Position numbers and translations under genes: made by a program
Source of the DNA: Eledone cirrhosa
Taxonomy: Eukaryota
Length of the DNA: 64,000 bases
Direction of reading: 5' to 3'
NCBI GenBank assembly: GCA_964016885.1
Contig: CAXHJY010000693.1
Coordinates: 9,295 to 73,294, forward strand
The notes under the pieces: model-generated
The model's database searches: none
The model's input: only the letters and a program-made list of their open reading frames with translations
Told to the model about the DNA's origin: nothing
Part shown: in pieces, positions 58,786 to 64,000 of the stretch
Layout of the letters: each line of letters starts with the position of its first letter
Numbering within the stretch: the first letter of the stretch is position 1

Positions 58786-60745
58786 CTAGCAGTAAAGCCC
58801 GGCGTTGCTCGGGGTCGCTCAGTAGCTGTGTTAAAGTTACAATGTTAAGTTTCTTTTTTGGCTTAAAAACTGTAGTGTCTACTGTGCAGACTTGCATGTG
58901 GTGTTTTTGATTAATATTCCCTCAACCAACAATATGCCTTATGAAGTTAAGAAAACATAACGATAACCCGAATGTTATAACAAAAGAGGATGCTGGGGAT
59001 AAAAACTGCACTGGTTATTTATTAACAAAGATCGAAAATGTAAACACTGCAACGCAGAGAAAAACATTAGCGTAACCAAATTATCAGTTATGTCTGTCTG
59101 CACGCCTATATCACCTCTCTGCACGACTGTCTGTCTGCACGCCTATATCACCTCTCTGCATGACTGTCTGTCTGCACGCCTATATCAACTCTCTGCACGA
59201 CTGTCTGTCTGCACGCCTATATCACCTCTCTGCACGACTGTCTGTCTGCACGCCTATATCACCTCTCTGCACGACTGTCTGTCTGCACGCCTATATCACC
59301 TCTCTGCACGACTGTCTGTCTGCACGCCTATATCACCTATCTGCACGACTGTCTGTCTGCACGACTGTCTGTCTGCACGACTGTCTGTCTGCACGACTGT
59401 CTGTCTGCACGCCTAACGAAATTTACAGATACATATATTTTAAATAAACTTATATAATTTTTGCTTTTTTTTACGAAATATTTGCTTCTTTTACGTAGTC
59501 TTTAAATAGACTTGTTTTCAAGTAAAAATATTGTTTTAAAAGGCTTTTAAATGGAAATGAAGCAAAACGGAAGCTTAGTGTTCGAACTGATGAATTTTGC
59601 AGGTCAACTTAAAAACTGTAGTGTCTACTGTGCAGACTTGCATGTGGTGTTTTTGATTAATATTCCCTCAACCAACAATATGCCTTATGAAGTTAAGAAA
59701 ACATAACGATAACCCGAATGTTATAACAAAAGAGGATGCTGGGGATAAAAACTGCACTGGTTATTTATTAACAAAGATCGAAAATGTAAACACTGCAATG
59801 CAGAGAAAAACATTAGCGTAACCAAATTATAAGTTATGTCTGTCTGCACGCCTATATCACCTCTCTGCACGACTGTCTGTCTGCACGCCTATATCACCTC
59901 TCTGCACGACTGTCTGTCTGCACGCCTATATCAACTCTCTGCACGACTATCTGTCTGCACGCCTATATCACCTCTCTGCACGACTGTCTGTCTGCACGCC
60001 TATATCACCTCTCTGCACGACTGTCTGTCTGCACGCCTATATCACCTCTCTGCACGACTGTCTGTCTGCACGACTGTCTGTCTGCACGCCTAACGAAATT
60101 TACAGATACATATATTTTAAATAAACTTATATAATTTTTGCTTTTTTTACGAAATATTTGCTTGTTTTACGTAGTCTTTAAATAGACTTGTTTTCAAGTA
60201 AAAATATTGTTTTAAAAGGCTTTTAAATGGAAATGAAGCAAAACGGAAGCTTAGTGTTCGAACTGATGAATTTTGCAGGTCAAAATTTTGCTGGCTCGAC
60301 AACTGTTCGTGTATTGTGTTAATGTCATTTTAAACGCTGAGAAAGCCAGCGTAATTTTTTTAATTTTTGCCAGCGTAATTTTTTTAATTTTTGCACGCAG
60401 AAAATGTAAACAGAACGTAAGACGCTACGCTGAATGTAAACAGAACAAAGGAAAATCATTTTTTTAATTTTTGCACGCAGAAAATGTAAAGAGAACGTAA
60501 GACGCTACGCTGAATGTAAACAGAACAAAGGGAAATAACTTATCACTTACGCTCAAAAATCGATACATTATATTCGATTTCGTCAGATAGGGCGGGTCAA
60601 TTTGAAATATTTTTTTTCCGATGTCTTCGCTAGGGCTCAATGTACAAGTATAGCAATTTCGGTGCAATTCCGTGAGAGATTCTAAGAGGAGATGTGTGCC
60701 AAAAATCGATAGACAGACAGACAACCTCAGTTTTATATATATAGA
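58786..60745 (-). mobile_element. Non-autonomous Helitron with internal tandem duplication and 37-bp minisatellite
   Basis: Minus strand begins TCTATATATATAAAA..GTCTGTCTGTC and ends with the CCCGAGCAACGCCGGG hairpin plus CTAG, inserted between A and T. Duplicated units 58862-59607 and 59608-60284. Confidence 0.85.
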
Positions 60746-60825
60746 TATATCATAAGTGTATGTATCGTTCATATAAATAGGTGTTTTACAACACACTTAC
60801 AGTTCAAACACTTATGTAGAATTAT

Positions 60826-60975
60826 TGTATGTATGTATGTATGTATCTGTGTGTGTCTGTATGTGTGTATGTATGTATGTATGTATGTATGTATGTATGT
60901 ATGTATGTATGTATGTATGTATGTATGTATGTATGTATGTATGTATGTATGTGTGTATGTATGTGTGTATGTATG
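60826..60975. repeat. (TATG)n microsatellite
   Basis: Directly visible. Confidence 0.97.
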
Positions 60976-63054
60976 TATAGCGAGATTACTGGTTGTATGA
61001 ATGTAACAAAACGAGACAATGTTTGTGTATATAATATTTAATTAACGGTAGATAGAATACTTGACATGTCAAAGATAGATGTTAGAATGAAACAAAGTTA
61101 GTAGTTACCGTTTTGATTGCCAGGCAAACGCGGCTGGCAGAGGGCGCCTGGCTAAGGCCAGGCGCCTGTTGGCCAAATTAATGGCAGAGCCAAATGAGAA
61201 GACTCTTGACCTGGTGCCGAAAAGGCAAAGAGAGAGAGGAAGCTTAAAGTTGTTAGTTTTATGGGGCTCTGACCGGAAGTTGCAGAAAGGGTTCCACTTC
61301 CCGTCTAGATCCTAATCAAAACAAGGGAGACAACCGCTACATAACCTCCCGCCAGAATTTTAGTGTATAAAAATCGAAATGAAAATATGTAGCAAGTTGG
61401 CGAGAATGTTGTAACAGGCATGAAAATTACGACAAAAGAATGTTTGGAAAAATCAATGATAGATATCAAGGTAGCCAACCGCTCTTGGCCAGAGAACGAC
61501 TGGACATCCATCTATCCATCACCCAAAGATACAATGTAATAAAGTAAAAGTAATAGAAGAGCTCAAAGTTCAAAATATAGTTCACAGGTGTGCAATCACA
61601 TGACAGCTGGAAAGAAAGTGTGTTCCAGAGAATGAATGCAGGTGGTTTCTGTTCTGTGGTATATCGTGAAATTTCCAACCTCCGAATGGATTTTCTCACA
61701 GGAAGAGTGCTGCAAAAATAAATTCTCTGGCTTTGGTGAAGCTGTGTTGATGTATTGCTGTTGCTGTTATATTGCTGTTGCTGCTGCTGTTGTCTCGCTG
61801 AGTGAGCGTATTCGGTGTTTAAATTCACAGTAAAAAAAATTTACTTAGAAAAAATGAGTTGCGCAAAGTGCTAGAAATAGCAGCCGAAGTTGATGGTCGA
61901 TGTTGAGAATGCGTTGACCTGGAAGGGTCAAGAGGCCAGCGACCAGAGAAATAAGCATTCCTAATAAATGCGCGGTTATCAACGGTAAATTTACATTGTA
62001 AATTTATAAACCGGCAAATAGAAGAATGTAGCTTAAGGCTGAAGAATCCCTGGTAATAAATGGCGTGCGGCTGTCTGTGAGTAGAGACATCTCAGTGAAT
62101 CGAGAATTTATGCTGCCTACACGTGCCAATACAAGGTTGAAAAAAAAATATTTCTAACGCGCGAGAAAATGATAGTGCAATTTTGAAAGTGACAATGATG
62201 AAAAAGAAAGGCTTCAATCAGCATAATTATAGGTGTGAACCTTGGAAAAAAACAAAAAACTTGAACGATGAAGAAAACGAAGAACAAAAGGCAATGGTTC
62301 ATCGAAAATAAATGTTCCTGTTGAAATGTTTTTTAAAGAATATCAAATTTCTTTTTTTTTTTTTTGTGTTTTGAAAGAGTTCGTTGTAAGAAACGAGAAA
62401 CATATATATATATCGTGAAATGTTTTTTTTGTTTTGAAAGTGTTCGTTGTAAGAAACGCGAAACATATATATATATATTGGTGAAATGCGACAGTTAATT
62501 GATGCGTGAGAGAAAAAGTATGTCTGTGCGAATTCCACATGTGCGTGTGTGCGTGTCCTTGAGTATTTTCATAGTTTGTCGCTAAATTTGCTGTGTATTC
62601 GTAATGTTACTCACAAAACCAGATGTGCTATTTTTTTCTTTTTATAGCGATGAACGGCTACGTGTTCGTATCACGTCGGGGTCACCAATATAGCGAGATT
62701 ACTGGTTGTATGAATGTAACAAAACGAGACAATGTTTGTGTATATAATATTTAATTAACGGTAGAAAGAATACTTGACATGTCAAAGATAGATGTTAGAA
62801 TGAAACAAAGTTAGTAGTTACCGTTTTGATTGCCAGGCAAACGCGGCTGGCAGAGGGCGGCTGGCTAAGGCCAGGCGCCTGTTGGCCAAATTAATGGCAG
62901 AGCCAAATGAGAAGACTCTTGACCTGGTGCCGAAAAGGCAAAGAGAGAGAGGAAGCTTAAAGTTGTTAGTTTTATGGGGCTCTGACCGGAAGTTGCAGAA
63001 AGGGTTCCACTTCCCGTCTAGATCCTAATCAAAACAAGGGAGACAACCGCTACA
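60976..63054 (-). mobile_element. Non-autonomous LTR retrotransposon (Gypsy-like; TRIM/LARD type)
   Basis: 366-bp LTRs at 60976-61341 and 62689-63054 (TGTAGCG..CGCTATA). PBS TGGTGACCCCGACGTGAT (tRNA-Trp) at 62670-62687, PPT-like GGCGGGAGG, TSD TATG. No gag-pol ORF. Confidence 0.92.
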
Positions 63055-63074
63055 TATGTGTGTAAGTATTATTT

Positions 63075-63640
63075 TATGTCAGGTCACCAGTTGGTGCTAC
63101 TGGTAACATGTATCCCAGTGCAACCTGTCTCATGGTCGGTTCGTTGGCGACTAAACTGGCAACCCCACCAAGGTTTCTTGGTGAGGAGGGTGACTTTGGA
63201 CATCCTGCAGGACTAAAAACAAAACCTGTCAAAGGGCAAAGGAGCTCTTAAGAGTCAATAGCCATCCAAAATCACCGACAGAGATGACCCCTTAGCCTTT
63301 GTCAAGGCAGAATTCTAGGAGAAGGAAAACTCTGATATAACACCTGCAACTCTGATGGTATCCAATGATGTTGACTTGTTCTTCTTTTTGGTAAATATCA
63401 TCTTGGTTAAGAGAGTGGGACTGGCTTTGTGCAGTGCCTTGCTCACTATAAAAGCTTCACGGCACAGGCATTGCTTTATATCTGGAGATCCCTCTGCACT
63501 TGTCGTCACATGGTACCATGGGCCCAGTACTATGTGTCAATAATTGTCACAAGTGTAGTGTTTCTACCAGAGTTTTCAAGTCGCTGGCTGGAATAAAAAG
63601 TCACACTCGTTCAGCGCATCGGTAGGAGTTCTCCTACATG
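63075..63640 (+). mobile_element. Internally deleted RTE-clade element (5' UTR joined to 3' zinc-finger end)
   Basis: RTE 5' UTR motif ctaggagaaggaaaactctga. 63548-63625 encodes HKCSVSTRVFKSLAGIKSHTRSAHR*, an RTE C-terminal C2H2-like finger. Confidence 0.65.
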
Positions 63641-64000
63641 GATATAAAGTAGTGGCCGTACTCGAAAACGAGTTGGCAGCCACCATGTATTATGTATGTA
63701 TGTATGTATGTATATATGTGTGTAAGTATGTATGAGTGTGTGTATGTATCTATATATCTATGTACGTATATATGTATGAATGTATGAATATATGTATGTA
63801 TGTGTGTGTGTATGTATGTATCTATGTATCTATGTATGTACATATGTAGATATGTATGTATGAATGTATAAATGTATTTATGTATATATGTTGTGGACTA
63901 TTTCCGATCATAGATCCGTTAGATGGAGAGTTGTGACAGGTAGAAGATACTAACAACTGGGAAGACTGGAACAGGTAGATGATACCAACAACTGGGAAGA

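Noticed and set aside
59090-60093. Cys/His-rich repeat ORFs
   Set aside because: 37-bp minisatellite inside a Helitron; the unit length is not a multiple of 3.
63938-64000. Start of a ~35-bp tandem repeat
   Set aside because: Truncated by the window edge; too little sequence to interpret.

Overview
Eukaryotic, AT-rich, microsatellite-dense DNA, most likely from an octopus (inferred from the tRNA-derived SINE families, Tx1, R4/Dong and Penelope-like elements, and abundant (TA)n). Almost all of it is transposon-derived. It holds three Tx1/L1-clade LINE copies, two long R4/Dong-like RT+RLE retrotransposons (one nearly intact) plus fragments, Penelope-like GIY-YIG remnants, a young non-autonomous tRNA-Trp-primed LTR element, a non-autonomous Helitron, an internally deleted RTE element, MITEs, more than 30 SINE copies and several minisatellites. 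Two phase-compatible putative host exons could encode a small membrane protein or the C-terminus of a larger one. The window is rich in hammerhead ribozyme (HHR) motifs from at least six sequence families. The most striking signal is a non-coding element with a 631-nt repeat period (7171-7956, divergent homologue at about 46990-47480). Its direct repeats contain every hammerhead core nucleotide and helix, but in a strand order that is not a circular permutation of HHR types I/II/III, and compensatory base changes between the two homologues support the helices. All calls are by eye; boundaries are approximate unless stated.
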